From positions 507,024 through 571,023 of the forward strand of contig JAQUAK010000001.1 in assembly GCA_028687275.1 (NCBI GenBank): a DNA stretch of 64,000 nt, given 5' to 3'. Numbering within the stretch: position 1 is the first letter of the stretch; each line of letters begins with the position of its first letter. This DNA comes from Patescibacteria group bacterium. GTDB lineage: Bacteria; Patescibacteriota; Patescibacteriia; Patescibacteriales; UBA12465. Both the position numbers and the translations under genes were made by a program. Below the pieces are notes generated by a model that saw only the letters and a program-made list of their open reading frames with translations, ran no database searches and was not told the origin of the DNA. This document shows, piece by piece, positions 19,956 to 29,990 of the stretch.

Positions 19956-21632
19956 TTAACTACCATTTAAATCACTAGCTTGCTGACGACGATATTTACT
20001 CCAAGCGGCACGACGACTAAATTCACCTTTAGCTATAACTTCCGCCGCCCATGATCCACCCAAAAGATGCGGCAAAATAACATAATCAGCTCCAGCCCCA
20101 TATAATGGTTGTAGATATTTCTTATGATACAAACTAGCAACAATAACCGCCTTAGGATTATGTTGACGAACAAAATTAATCAAAACTAACTGGTCCTCGG
20201 CGGAGGGGATGGTAGAAATAACTGTTTTAGCCTCAGCTAAAGGTAGGGATCTTAAAAATTCAACATCGGAAGCATCGCCAAAAAATGAGCGAATGCCACG
20301 ACGATTAAAACTAGCCACACTATCTGGATTAAAATCTACGGCAGCAAAAGAAACTTTCTTTTTCTTAAGAGCTTCACCAATCTTCCAGCCAGTACGATGA
20401 TAGCCAAAAATAATAGTATTAAAAGACTCTTTAATTTCTTCTTTTTGGACAAAAGTATCCGGTCCAAATAATAAAAAGATGGGCAATAAAAAATTATAAA
20501 TCTTATAGCTATAGGTCATGGCGTAAGAAGAAAAGAAAATAGTAATAATAGCAGCCACGGTGAAGATAGCTAATTCTCTGCCATCTAAATAACCTAAGGC
20601 AGCCACAGCGAAAAGAATAATAAAACCAAATTCACTTAACTGCCCGGCCGTTAAAGCAGACAAAAAGCTATTACGACGAGTGAAACGACGGGCTCTAAAT
20701 AAAACATATAGAATAATAGGCTTAACTATTAGAATAAAGGCAGATAATAATAAAGCCGGAATCAAAACTTGATCCAAATGGCTAAAATCTGCTCCGCTAC
20801 CCAATAGGAGAAAGAAAATAACAATAAAGAAATCACGCAAGGGTTTAATACGACTAGCAATTTCTGCCTGGAATCTAGAGGCACCTAGGCTAAGGCCTGC
20901 AATAACTGCTCCTAATTCTAAAGAAAATCCACTCCATAATAATAATGAGGCCACGCCAAAACACCAAGCAACTGTAAAAATAAATAAAAACTCACCGGAG
21001 GAAGATATTTTATTGAGAAATGATGGCAGAACATATTTAGCCATCACCACTATACCTGCAATAACCGCCAATGCCTTAATAACAAACCATAGAGAATCTC
21101 CTGCAATAACACTATCAGGAGCGGTAAAGCTTAAATACAATAAAATCAAAATAGAAATAATATCTTGAACCAACATTAAACCGATGGTATAGCGACCATA
21201 TACCGCCTCTTCGTCCTGCTTGTCATTCAGAATCTTCAAAACTACGATTGTACTAGAGAAACATGAAGCTAAAGCTAAAAATATCGAACCAGTCCAACTA
21301 AGACCAAAATAATGAGCTAAAGGTAAAAGTAAGGCAAAATTTAAAATAAACTGCGCAGATCCAACTAAAAGCGACTCTTTGCCAATCTTCTTTAAATAAG
21401 AAAAATTTAAATCCAAACCAATAATAAAGAGTAACAAGACTACCCCAAAACTAGCAAAAGCATGATACATTGGTTCATCAGCTGGCAAAATATTAAGTAG
21501 CAATGGCCCCCCAATAATTCCAGCTACAATGTAAGCCACTAATAAAGGTTGCTTAGCTAAGCGTACAAAAAAAGCCACACTCACGGTAATGGCTAAAAGC
21601 GCACTTAGCTGTAAGAAAAGATTAGAATCCAT
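19956..21632 (-). CDS. CPA2 cation:proton antiporter with KTN/RCK domain (KefB/C-like)
   Basis: FSSTIVVLK, LVQDI, GQLSEFGF, C-terminal IFGYHRTG..GDAS. Confidence 0.92.
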   Translation of the reverse strand: MDSNLFLQLSALLAITVSVAFFVRLAKQPLLVAYIVAGIIGGPLLLNILPADEPMYHAFASFGVVLLLFIIGLDLNFSYLKKIGKESLLVGSAQFILNFALLLPLAHYFGLSWTGSIFLALASCFSSTIVVLKILNDKQDEEAVYGRYTIGLMLVQDIISILILLYLSFTAPDSVIAGDSLWFVIKALAVIAGIVVMAKYVLPSFLNKISSSGEFLFIFTVAWCFGVASLLLWSGFSLELGAVIAGLSLGASRFQAEIASRIKPLRDFFIVIFFLLLGSGADFSHLDQVLIPALLLSAFILIVKPIILYVLFRARRFTRRNSFLSALTAGQLSEFGFIILFAVAALGYLDGRELAIFTVAAIITIFFSSYAMTYSYKIYNFLLPIFLLFGPDTFVQKEEIKESFNTIIFGYHRTGWKIGEALKKKKVSFAAVDFNPDSVASFNRRGIRSFFGDASDVEFLRSLPLAEAKTVISTIPSAEDQLVLINFVRQHNPKAVIVASLYHKKYLQPLYGAGADYVILPHLLGGSWAAEVIAKGEFSRRAAWSKYRRQQASDLNGS

Positions 21633-21760
21633 GTGTATTTATATTAATAATATACAATTGAATTATAGCATAAATAGAGACCAGTTCTCAAATGATTGCA
21701 CAAATACTAAGTATTATGGTAAATTTATATTAGAATAATTAATTTATAAAAATACACTCT

Positions 21761-22822
21761 ATGCTTTTAATTGGCTATAGTTTACTTTTACTAGCTTCTT
21801 TTTATTTACTAGCAGTAGTTTGTGATCGCTACTTCGTACAATCCTTGGATAAGATAGCGGAAAAGCTCAAGATGAATTCGGATATGGCTGGCGCCACTTT
21901 AATGGCAGTCGGCTCAAGTGCCCCAGAATTATTTGTTGCAATCATTGCCTTATTCAAACCTGGGAATGAAGCTCTAGGAGCGGGCACAATTGTTGGATCA
22001 GCCCTATTTAATATTTTAATTATTATTGGCGCATCAGCCATGGTACGTAAAGCCTTTATTGCTTGGCAACCGATCGTACGTGATTTAACCTTCTATACCT
22101 TAAGTATTATTTGGTTAATTGTCTCTTTCTGGGATGGAAAAATAACTTTAATGGAATCCGCCATCTTTTTAATACTATACGTCATTTATGTTGTTGCTGT
22201 CATGAAATGGAAAAAAATATTCCCCTACAAAGATGAAAATAAAGACCCAATTGAAGCAGTCGAAGATGGTTTATATAAAGAAGAAAAAAAGAAAAGTTTA
22301 GTCGCCTTTTTTCTTAATGGCATTAAATACACTTTAGATTTCATCTTCCCTAAAGAAAAACATTACTGGAGCGCTTTCTTTTTATCAATCGTTTTTATCG
22401 CCGCACTAAGCTGGGTCCTAGTAGAAAGTGCTGTTGGCATTGCTCAAATACTTAATATACCAGCAGTTATCATTGGTCTAACTATCCTAGCAGCTGGAAC
22501 CAGCGTCCCTGATTTAATGTCTTCAATCATTGTCGCTCGTCAAGGACGTGGCGGCATGGCTATATCTAATGCCATCGGCTCAAATATTTTTGATATTCTC
22601 ATTGGACTAGGCCTGCCCTGGGCAGTTGTTACTATAGGAGGAAAGATTATCCCCGTAGCCACTGAAAATCTCAATAGTTCTATTATTCTTTTATTCGCTA
22701 CCGTTATTTCGGTCTTATTCTTTCTCATAGCTAAGAAATGGCACATTGGTCGCTTCGCCGGCATTAGTTTAATTAGCCTTTACATTCTATATCTTATTTG
22801 GACAATCTTGCAGGCAATTTAA
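21761..22822 (+). CDS. Ca2+/Na+ antiporter (CaCA family)
   Basis: Alpha repeats GSSAPELF and GTSVPDL; GSALFN/GSNIFD. Confidence 0.92.
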   Translation: MLLIGYSLLLLASFYLLAVVCDRYFVQSLDKIAEKLKMNSDMAGATLMAVGSSAPELFVAIIALFKPGNEALGAGTIVGSALFNILIIIGASAMVRKAFIAWQPIVRDLTFYTLSIIWLIVSFWDGKITLMESAIFLILYVIYVVAVMKWKKIFPYKDENKDPIEAVEDGLYKEEKKKSLVAFFLNGIKYTLDFIFPKEKHYWSAFFLSIVFIAALSWVLVESAVGIAQILNIPAVIIGLTILAAGTSVPDLMSSIIVARQGRGGMAISNAIGSNIFDILIGLGLPWAVVTIGGKIIPVATENLNSSIILLFATVISVLFFLIAKKWHIGRFAGISLISLYILYLIWTILQAI

Positions 22823-22988
22823 AAAAATAAAAAATAGCTTTAATAAAAAGGCGGTCATTAGACCGCTTTTTTGTTAATTACAATCACCTCAAACAAAAAA
22901 CTCCCTTTCTATATAAAGATAAGGAGTTTTTGTTCTAAGGCGAAAGCACTTATGCCTTCGCCCAGAATTTATATATTAATTTATACTT

Positions 22989-23477
22989 TTATTTAAGATT
23001 GGCCGAACCTTTAAGTCCACGGTGTAAACCACGACCCATGCCATGTCCAGCGCCTTCACCAAAACCTCTATCAATACCTAAGGCTGCAAATTTATCCTGA
23101 GCTTGAGTTATTAATTGATGAGCTTCAACAAATTGAGAAAAATTATTAGCATTAACTTGAGTTAAAATTCTAGCATCAGCGCCCATCTGAGATGTAGTTG
23201 TTTGTACCCAAGTATCATAATTTCCGCTATTTAAAGCCATCTGCATGGCAGCCTGATGCTCTTCTCTGGTAGCATCCATTTCTGATCGACGAGCCTCCAT
23301 ATCAATTTTCTGTTCATCAGTTAAATTAACTCTCTGCTCAGAATTACCCCCTCTAAACATAGTGCCTAGCGCGGTTGCATCCTCTGTCTGAGCATAAGCA
23401 TTAAAAGCAAAACCAGCAGCGAGAGCAATAATAGTTAGACTCAAAACACTAGTAGTAATAATATTTTTCTTTTTCAT
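22989..23477 (-). CDS. Secreted helical protein with Gly/His/Met-rich tail (Spy/CpxP-like?)
   Basis: Signal peptide ending AYA, NLTDEQK, GHGMGRGLHRG. Confidence 0.7.
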   Translation of the reverse strand: MKKKNIITTSVLSLTIIALAAGFAFNAYAQTEDATALGTMFRGGNSEQRVNLTDEQKIDMEARRSEMDATREEHQAAMQMALNSGNYDTWVQTTTSQMGADARILTQVNANNFSQFVEAHQLITQAQDKFAALGIDRGFGEGAGHGMGRGLHRGLKGSANLK

Positions 23478-23574
23478 ATACTTTTTATTTATTTAAAAGA
23501 TGCTTAGCAACTTTTAGATAAATTATTTATTTATTAAATTAATAGATAGTTATTTTAGCGTCGCTAATTAGTAC

Positions 23575-23599
23575 TACGCCCCAATAATATTTTTCTTCC
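23575..23599 (-). promoter_or_regulatory. Second ECF promoter GGAAG-N16-CGTA
   Basis: GGAAGAAAAatattattggggCGTAGTA upstream of 22989-23477. Confidence 0.62.
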
Positions 23600-23652
23600 A
23601 TAAACAAAAAGACCTCTAAGAAAAGGTCTACCTTCATTATTAATACTTAGTG

Positions 23653-24879
23653 TTATTCTGCTCTTAGAGCTGTTACCGGGTCGAGACGAGAAGCCTGTTT
23701 AGCTGGGCGGTAACCAAAAATAAAACCACAAAGTAGAGAAAATAATAGTGACAATAAAATACCCTGCCAAGGTAGGCTAAATTGCCAATTAAAATTAAAA
23801 GCTTGGGCCACTTTACTTAAGATATAGGCAACCAAAATTCCTGAAATAGTGCCTAAAATCCACCCCCAAAAAGTAATAAGAAGAGACTCAATTAAAAATT
23901 GCCAAGCAACATCTCGAGCGGTTGCCCCCATTGCCTTGCGCAAACCAATTTCTGGCGTTCTTTCTGTTACCGTTACATACATAATATTCATAATGCCCAC
24001 ACCGCCAACAAGTAAAGAAATAAGAACAATAGCGAGGAGTAAATAAGTTACTGCACCAGTAACTGTATTGAGGGTGGCTAACATCTCAGACATTGTAGAT
24101 ACACGAAAATCATCTTTCTCGGGATCAGTAATATCATGGCGGTCACGCATTAATGAGCTAACTTCGGCGGCTGTTTCTTCAGCCTGATCTACGTTAGCAA
24201 TTTGATGCATAAAATACATAGCGTAGTCAATCCCTAAAATACGCTTATGCAAAGTTTGAATGGGCATGTAGGCTATATTATCAAAATCTAGAAAACTAGC
24301 GCCACCACCCTGCTCTTCAAGTACGCCAATGACTTGAAATTTTTTAGTGCCAATTTTGATAAAATTACCAAGTGCTTTTTGATCTCCAAACAAAGTATCT
24401 CTAAGAGTCGCCCCTAAAACAACAACCATCGCTTGACCCCGATCATCATCTTTACTAAAATATATTCCCTCTGCCAACTTAGTCTTACTGTCAATTTGAG
24501 CATAAGGAGCGCTAGTGCCAAAAATAAAAACTTTTGTGCTCTCAGCTCCATAACTAATTTTCTGCTGACCTAAGGAGACGGCGTAACTATCAACTATGTT
24601 ATCCAGTTGATTAATAGCCTCCATATCAGTTAGCTTCAAAGTAGTAACCTCGGCCCCACCAGAGCTATTTTTTCCTGGAGCTTTGCTCTCTGTTTGTAAA
24701 ACATTAGTACCGTAAGCTTCAACTTCTCCAGAGACTAAATTACTAATCCCATCGCCAGCCGCAAATACAATAATAATAGCAGCTACTCCAATGACAACAC
24801 CAAGTACAGTTAAACTAGTCCGAACTAAGTTTAAGCGTAAAGAATTCCAGGCTAATTTAAAAGCGATAATTATTTGCAT
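23653..24879 (-). CDS. MacB-like ABC permease
   Basis: LTVLGVVIGV, GGVGIMNIM..VTERTPEIGLRKAMGA, LDPVTALR. Confidence 0.93.
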   Translation of the reverse strand: MQIIIAFKLAWNSLRLNLVRTSLTVLGVVIGVAAIIIVFAAGDGISNLVSGEVEAYGTNVLQTESKAPGKNSSGGAEVTTLKLTDMEAINQLDNIVDSYAVSLGQQKISYGAESTKVFIFGTSAPYAQIDSKTKLAEGIYFSKDDDRGQAMVVVLGATLRDTLFGDQKALGNFIKIGTKKFQVIGVLEEQGGGASFLDFDNIAYMPIQTLHKRILGIDYAMYFMHQIANVDQAEETAAEVSSLMRDRHDITDPEKDDFRVSTMSEMLATLNTVTGAVTYLLLAIVLISLLVGGVGIMNIMYVTVTERTPEIGLRKAMGATARDVAWQFLIESLLITFWGWILGTISGILVAYILSKVAQAFNFNWQFSLPWQGILLSLLFSLLCGFIFGYRPAKQASRLDPVTALRAE

Positions 24880-24882
24880 ATT

Positions 24883-26130
24883 TTATTCATAACGAAGCGC
24901 ATCAATTGGGCTTAATCGACTAGCACGTTTAGCGGGATAGTAACCGAAAATAACCCCGATAAAAGTAGAAAGGCCAATGGCGATAATAATTGAAAAAGCT
25001 GAAACAACAAAATCCCAACGATAACCTAAAGAACGAACAATTAAGGCAACCAGATAGGCAAGCGCCACCCCACTAATTAAACCAATGATACCGCCAATTA
25101 AAGTCAAAGCAATCGCCTCAAATAAAAATTGACTAAGCACCTGAGAATTAGTGGCCCCCAAAGCTTTACGTAAACCAATTTCACGCGTACGTTCGGTGAC
25201 ACTAACTAACATAATATTCATAATACCAATGCCACCAACCAGTAATGACAAAGCAGCCATGGCCGCTAAAAAATAACGCAAAGCATCAGTAATGCTGGTC
25301 ACTAAATTTAAAGCGTCACGAAAACTCCTAACTGAAAAATCATCTTCGGAAGGGTCATCAATATCGTGACGCTCACGTAAGGTTTGATTAACCATTTCTA
25401 TGCTTTCATCAACATTATCAGCAGAATCAATCTTGATACGAATAGAGCTTAAATAATTTACGCCCGCGATTTCCTTCTGCACAAAAAGTAATGGCGCAAA
25501 AATTACATTATCATAATTTTGGAAGCCAACTTGCCCTCTTTCTTTCATCACCCCAATAACAGTTGCCGTTTGATTATTAACTTTAACTTTTTGTCCGACA
25601 GGGTCATTGAAAGAAAATAATTCACTTGCAACCGTACTACCTAAAACGACTAAACGTAAATTAGCAGAAATTTCATCAGCGCCAAAAAAACGACCACTCG
25701 ACACCTCGCCACCATTAACCAATAGGTAATCACCAGCCACTCCTTGTAAAGTGCCATCATAGCTCTGATCACGCCAATATAGAGAAACACTAGTTTGATA
25801 AGCAGATGTTACCGCCACTACATGAGACACATTTTTTTCATCTTTAAAAGCTTCCGCGTCACCACTTTTCAGGGTAGTGACTTTAACGCCAAAAACTGAA
25901 GCTGGTGGACCATTAGCATCTGATTGTCCCGGCAAGACGCCTATCAAATCTCCACCGAAACCTTCTAACTGCCCTAAAATTAAAGACTGTGCACCAGCGC
26001 CTAAAGAAATAATTAACACCACTGCCCCTACACCAATAATGATGCCAAGCATAGTTAAAAAACTCCGGGTCTTATTACTAAACAAGGCCCGGGATACTAA
26101 CATAAACAATTGTCGTATATTTTCCCACAT
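24883..26130 (-). CDS. MacB-like ABC permease (paralog)
   Basis: LTMLGIIIGV, GGIGIMNIMLVSVTERTREIG, PIDALRYE. Confidence 0.93.
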   Translation of the reverse strand: MWENIRQLFMLVSRALFSNKTRSFLTMLGIIIGVGAVVLIISLGAGAQSLILGQLEGFGGDLIGVLPGQSDANGPPASVFGVKVTTLKSGDAEAFKDEKNVSHVVAVTSAYQTSVSLYWRDQSYDGTLQGVAGDYLLVNGGEVSSGRFFGADEISANLRLVVLGSTVASELFSFNDPVGQKVKVNNQTATVIGVMKERGQVGFQNYDNVIFAPLLFVQKEIAGVNYLSSIRIKIDSADNVDESIEMVNQTLRERHDIDDPSEDDFSVRSFRDALNLVTSITDALRYFLAAMAALSLLVGGIGIMNIMLVSVTERTREIGLRKALGATNSQVLSQFLFEAIALTLIGGIIGLISGVALAYLVALIVRSLGYRWDFVVSAFSIIIAIGLSTFIGVIFGYYPAKRASRLSPIDALRYE

Positions 26131-26133
26131 AGA

Positions 26134-26856
26134 TTATTTCAATGACTCCCCTTCTTTTGCCCATCTTTGATTTTTCACTGGCTGGTCGCTAACTATTTGG
26201 CCATCATGCATTTGAATAATACGTTGAGCATGTTCGGCCGTAAAAGTTTCATGTGTTACTAAAATAATAGTTTTGCCTTGTCGATTAAGTTCTTGTAGAA
26301 TTTGCATAACCTGAACACCTGATTTTGAATCCAAATTACCAGTTGGCTCATCAGCAAAAATAACCGCAGGCTCATTAACTAAAGCCCGAGCAATAGCCAC
26401 GCGCTGTTTTTCTCCACCAGAAATTTGATTAGTAAAATAATCAAGACGATGCCCTAAGCCTACACTCTTTAAAACTTTTGTTGCCCGCTCATCCATCTTC
26501 TTTTTATCCTTAGAATAAATTAAGGGTAATTTAACATTATCCAAAACACTAGTTCTAGCTAAAAGATTAAATGATTGAAAAACAAAACCAATTTCGCGAT
26601 TACGCAAATGAGCCAGATCTTCATCATCAAGGGTATTAATATTTTTATTGGCAAAATGATAGTTACCGCTCGTTGGTCGCTCAAGTAAACCAAGAATATG
26701 CATTAAAGTTGATTTCCCAGAGCCAGATGGGCCCATAATCGAAACAAATTCTCCTTTAGAAATAGTAAAACTTAGATCTTTTAAGACTTCCGTTACTAAA
26801 TCACCACTGATATAAGTTTTAATAATATTATCAAATTGAATCAAAGGCTTAACCAT
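26134..26856 (-). CDS. ABC ATP-binding protein (LolD/MacB type)
   Basis: [35 protein letters not shown]; start set at ATG 26856. Confidence 0.94.
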   Translation of the reverse strand: MVKPLIQFDNIIKTYISGDLVTEVLKDLSFTISKGEFVSIMGPSGSGKSTLMHILGLLERPTSGNYHFANKNINTLDDEDLAHLRNREIGFVFQSFNLLARTSVLDNVKLPLIYSKDKKKMDERATKVLKSVGLGHRLDYFTNQISGGEKQRVAIARALVNEPAVIFADEPTGNLDSKSGVQVMQILQELNRQGKTIILVTHETFTAEHAQRIIQMHDGQIVSDQPVKNQRWAKEGESLK

Positions 26857-26867
26857 AGTTAACAAAG

Positions 26868-28790
26868 TTAATTCTTAATAAAGGTAATCACCTTATCACC
26901 AGGCTGAATACCACTTATAACCTCAATCATACCTTCATCCCCTCTTAGCCCAGTTTCAACTGGAATTTCCTGTGCCACTCCATTAACTAATAACTTAATT
27001 GTTTTTTTGCCATCACTATCAATTAAGGCGCGAGCTGGGACTTGCAAAACATCGGCACGCTTATCGGTGGTAATAATAATATTAGCAGTCATCCCCGCCT
27101 TTAAGTTGAAACCACGGTCCTCAATCATTTTCATAGTGCTATTTAAATCACTAAAATCAACTTTAACTTTATAATAAACAACATCCTGAATCAAAGTTTG
27201 GGCAGGTTCAATGAAGCTAACCATTCCCTTTAAAATAAAGTCATCTGGGAAAGCATCGAAAGTTATATCAGCCGGATTTCCAATTTTTATCTTACTAATA
27301 TTAGATTCAGCAATATCAACTTCAACATTAAAACTATTATTTACTAAAACTGTAACCATGGCTTTACCACCGGCACCGAACTGTTCACCAATTTCATAAT
27401 TAACAGCCGTCACCACGCCTTCCAGAGGTGAAGTTAAAATAGTGTCATTTATCTGTTGCTCGAGGCCAGCAATACTGGCTTGAGCCTGACTAACCTGGGC
27501 CTGAGCCAAGGCAACATCTTGTGAACGAGCAGGAGCAGTAGTGCTACTTAACTGAGCAGAAGCCAAAGCAACGCCCTGTTCAGCGCTATCTACTCGAGAT
27601 TGAGCGCTAGCTATTTGTTGCCCACCACTAGCTTTTAAACTACTAACACTATTACTAGCGGCTAAAATAGCATTACTCAAACCTACCTGAGCCTGTCTAA
27701 CATTTTCCTGAGCGCTGGCAATCGCGGTATCATTACTAATTACCGCGTTGCGTAAAGACTGCAAACCATTTTCTACCGCCGAACTCGCTAAGTTTATTTG
27801 TGAAGACTGTCCGCTAATTAAATTTTTATAAGCATCCAAATTGGCTTGTGAAAAACTAGAGCTAGTAATAGTAGCCTCGAGCATAGCGTAAGCATAATCT
27901 AGGGAAGCATCAGTTTGCGCAAGCAAAGATTGAACGCTCTGACCAGACGTCTCAATCATAACTTGGCTAGAATTACTATTAATGCCAGCTACAGCAGCTC
28001 GTGCACTAACAATCAAGTTGAGAGCAGCCGTATGAGCAGCAGTAGTAGATTGCAGCAAAGAACTATTTTTAACACTAAGCACTGGTTCAGCCTTATCATC
28101 ATTTAAGATGGTATTAATATTATCCAGAGCGATCTGAGCAGTCAAAATCTTATCATTTAAAGTTAACAATGCTGAACTACGAGCATTAGCAATATTTTTA
28201 GAGCCCGTTTTAATAGCATTATCTAGAGCTATTTGAGCACTACTAATCGCTTGTTCCTGAGGAGTGACACTGTTAGTAGAGTTAGACTGTAAGTCAGCTA
28301 AAGTTTTTTCAGCCTGACGAATATTTTCAGCTACTGTTTGTTTAGTTTTCTCTAAGTCAACTTTAGCAGAATCAAGGCTAGATTGAGCTTGATTTAAACT
28401 AGTCCGACTAATGGAAATTGATTGCGAGCTAGCTCCCGCCAAAGTTTTAGAAAGATTAGCTTGCGCAATTTGTAAGCCAGCCCCGAGTTCAGCTTTACGA
28501 GATTGTAGACTGTTATCATCTAAGGAGGCTAACACTGCTCCAGCTTCAATTTTGTCACCAACCTTAACTTCAACACTCTTAATTCGCCCTGAAGATAAAA
28601 AATTTAAAGCCACCTCTTTAACAGGCTTTAAAGTGCCGGTCTCACTAACCGTCTGCACTAAAGGCCCGGACTCGACTGTGACTGTAGAATAAGTTGGCGC
28701 GGAGCCTTTACGCCCCTGCCACCACCAAATAAGAGCTCCTATTAAAATTATGGCCCCAATTATCAAATACAAACGTTTTGTTTTTTTCAT
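26868..28790 (-). CDS. Efflux periplasmic adaptor (MacA/HlyD-like) with very long coiled coil
   Basis: N-terminal TM, lipoyl halves SGRIKSVEVKVGD / SPLEGVV, C-terminal VETGL..IEVISG. Confidence 0.88.
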   Translation of the reverse strand: MKKTKRLYLIIGAIILIGALIWWWQGRKGSAPTYSTVTVESGPLVQTVSETGTLKPVKEVALNFLSSGRIKSVEVKVGDKIEAGAVLASLDDNSLQSRKAELGAGLQIAQANLSKTLAGASSQSISISRTSLNQAQSSLDSAKVDLEKTKQTVAENIRQAEKTLADLQSNSTNSVTPQEQAISSAQIALDNAIKTGSKNIANARSSALLTLNDKILTAQIALDNINTILNDDKAEPVLSVKNSSLLQSTTAAHTAALNLIVSARAAVAGINSNSSQVMIETSGQSVQSLLAQTDASLDYAYAMLEATITSSSFSQANLDAYKNLISGQSSQINLASSAVENGLQSLRNAVISNDTAIASAQENVRQAQVGLSNAILAASNSVSSLKASGGQQIASAQSRVDSAEQGVALASAQLSSTTAPARSQDVALAQAQVSQAQASIAGLEQQINDTILTSPLEGVVTAVNYEIGEQFGAGGKAMVTVLVNNSFNVEVDIAESNISKIKIGNPADITFDAFPDDFILKGMVSFIEPAQTLIQDVVYYKVKVDFSDLNSTMKMIEDRGFNLKAGMTANIIITTDKRADVLQVPARALIDSDGKKTIKLLVNGVAQEIPVETGLRGDEGMIEVISGIQPGDKVITFIKN

Positions 28791-28922
28791 ATAATAAATT
28801 TACTAAAAAAATAATAGAATATCCTTTAATATTCAACAATATTATAGCAGATATAAACCTGTATTGGAAGTTAAAATAGGCCTTGGGTACTAATGCCAAC
28901 CCAGGACCATTAATTAGCTTTT

Positions 28923-29465
28923 TTATTTAAAATTACGCAAATATTGACGCTTTTTTTTAAAATCAGGAATCCGCTGGGCCACTAAAGCCCAAAAGTCAGC
29001 ACTATGATTTAGCTCTTTTAAATGGCAGAGCTCATGAACAATTAAATAATCCTGCAGTTCAGGGGGTAGAAATACTAAACGATAATTAAAATTTAAGCCA
29101 CCACTTTTTGAGCAGCTTCCCCAGCGTGTTTTTTGATCGCGAATACTAAGACGCTTATAAGGAAAAGAATAAAATTGATTAAAATAAATTAAACGTTCAG
29201 TAGCAATAACACGAGCCCTTTCTTTATAACGAAGATAGTCACTTCTAGTCCCCTTACCTAAGACCGAGACTGGCATTGATTGTATTTTTTTTAGTTGATT
29301 ATGCAACCACTCCCTTTTTTCTAAAACAAAACTTTGGGCAAATTTTTCCGAAACCCAAAAAGGACGCGTCACTAAAACGCGTCCATCGACCGATAAACTC
29401 AAACGTACATGTCGCGAACGGCGAACGCGACGATGCTCTATTTTCAATATAGGAATAATTTCCAT
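28923..29465 (-). CDS. YgjP/DUF45-like zinc metallohydrolase
   Basis: KTRWGSCS, YLIVHELCHL..NHS..FW. Confidence 0.9.
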   Translation of the reverse strand: MEIIPILKIEHRRVRRSRHVRLSLSVDGRVLVTRPFWVSEKFAQSFVLEKREWLHNQLKKIQSMPVSVLGKGTRSDYLRYKERARVIATERLIYFNQFYSFPYKRLSIRDQKTRWGSCSKSGGLNFNYRLVFLPPELQDYLIVHELCHLKELNHSADFWALVAQRIPDFKKKRQYLRNFK

Positions 29466-29468
29466 AAT

Positions 29469-29981
29469 TTAAAATACTATATTTTCAGCGACCTTTTTAA
29501 TTAAATTAACGCTTCCCTGCGTACCTAATTGATTATAAAATTTTAAGTAATTTAACTTATCAATATCTACCCAAGTCGCTAAAGAGATATAATCTTTTTC
29601 ATCTTCATCGATATAATCCAGTGAGAGCTCGCCACCAATTTGTTTAACTATAAAATATAATAACTGACAATTCCAGTATTCATCTTTAATATGACCATTC
29701 CGATTGCTCGGTTTATAAAAAGAAGAATGCGCTTCCACAATTTTACCCATCTCAACCTTTAGTCCAGTTTCCTCCCAAAACTCCCTCTGCAAAGCCTCAG
29801 ATAAACTCTCGTCCATATTAACACCACCACCAGGAAAATCATAACCATCGTGCTGAGGGGATAATAGAATCTTGCCATCCTTAATGAGAAGGCCGTAGAC
29901 AGAAGGACGAAAACGAAATTTATCTACCTCTACCAAAAATTCATTCTTTCGATTGTCATGACAATTTACTTCTATTTTCAT
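29469..29981 (-). CDS. NUDIX hydrolase
   Basis: FPGGGVNMDESLSEALQREFWEETG. Confidence 0.9.
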   Translation of the reverse strand: MKIEVNCHDNRKNEFLVEVDKFRFRPSVYGLLIKDGKILLSPQHDGYDFPGGGVNMDESLSEALQREFWEETGLKVEMGKIVEAHSSFYKPSNRNGHIKDEYWNCQLLYFIVKQIGGELSLDYIDEDEKDYISLATWVDIDKLNYLKFYNQLGTQGSVNLIKKVAENIVF

Positions 29982-29990
29982 AAAAATAAA

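Noticed and set aside
22845-22962. Three consecutive hairpins, considered as a CRISPR or REP array
   Set aside because: The sequences are unrelated to each other and lie between convergent genes, consistent with terminators.
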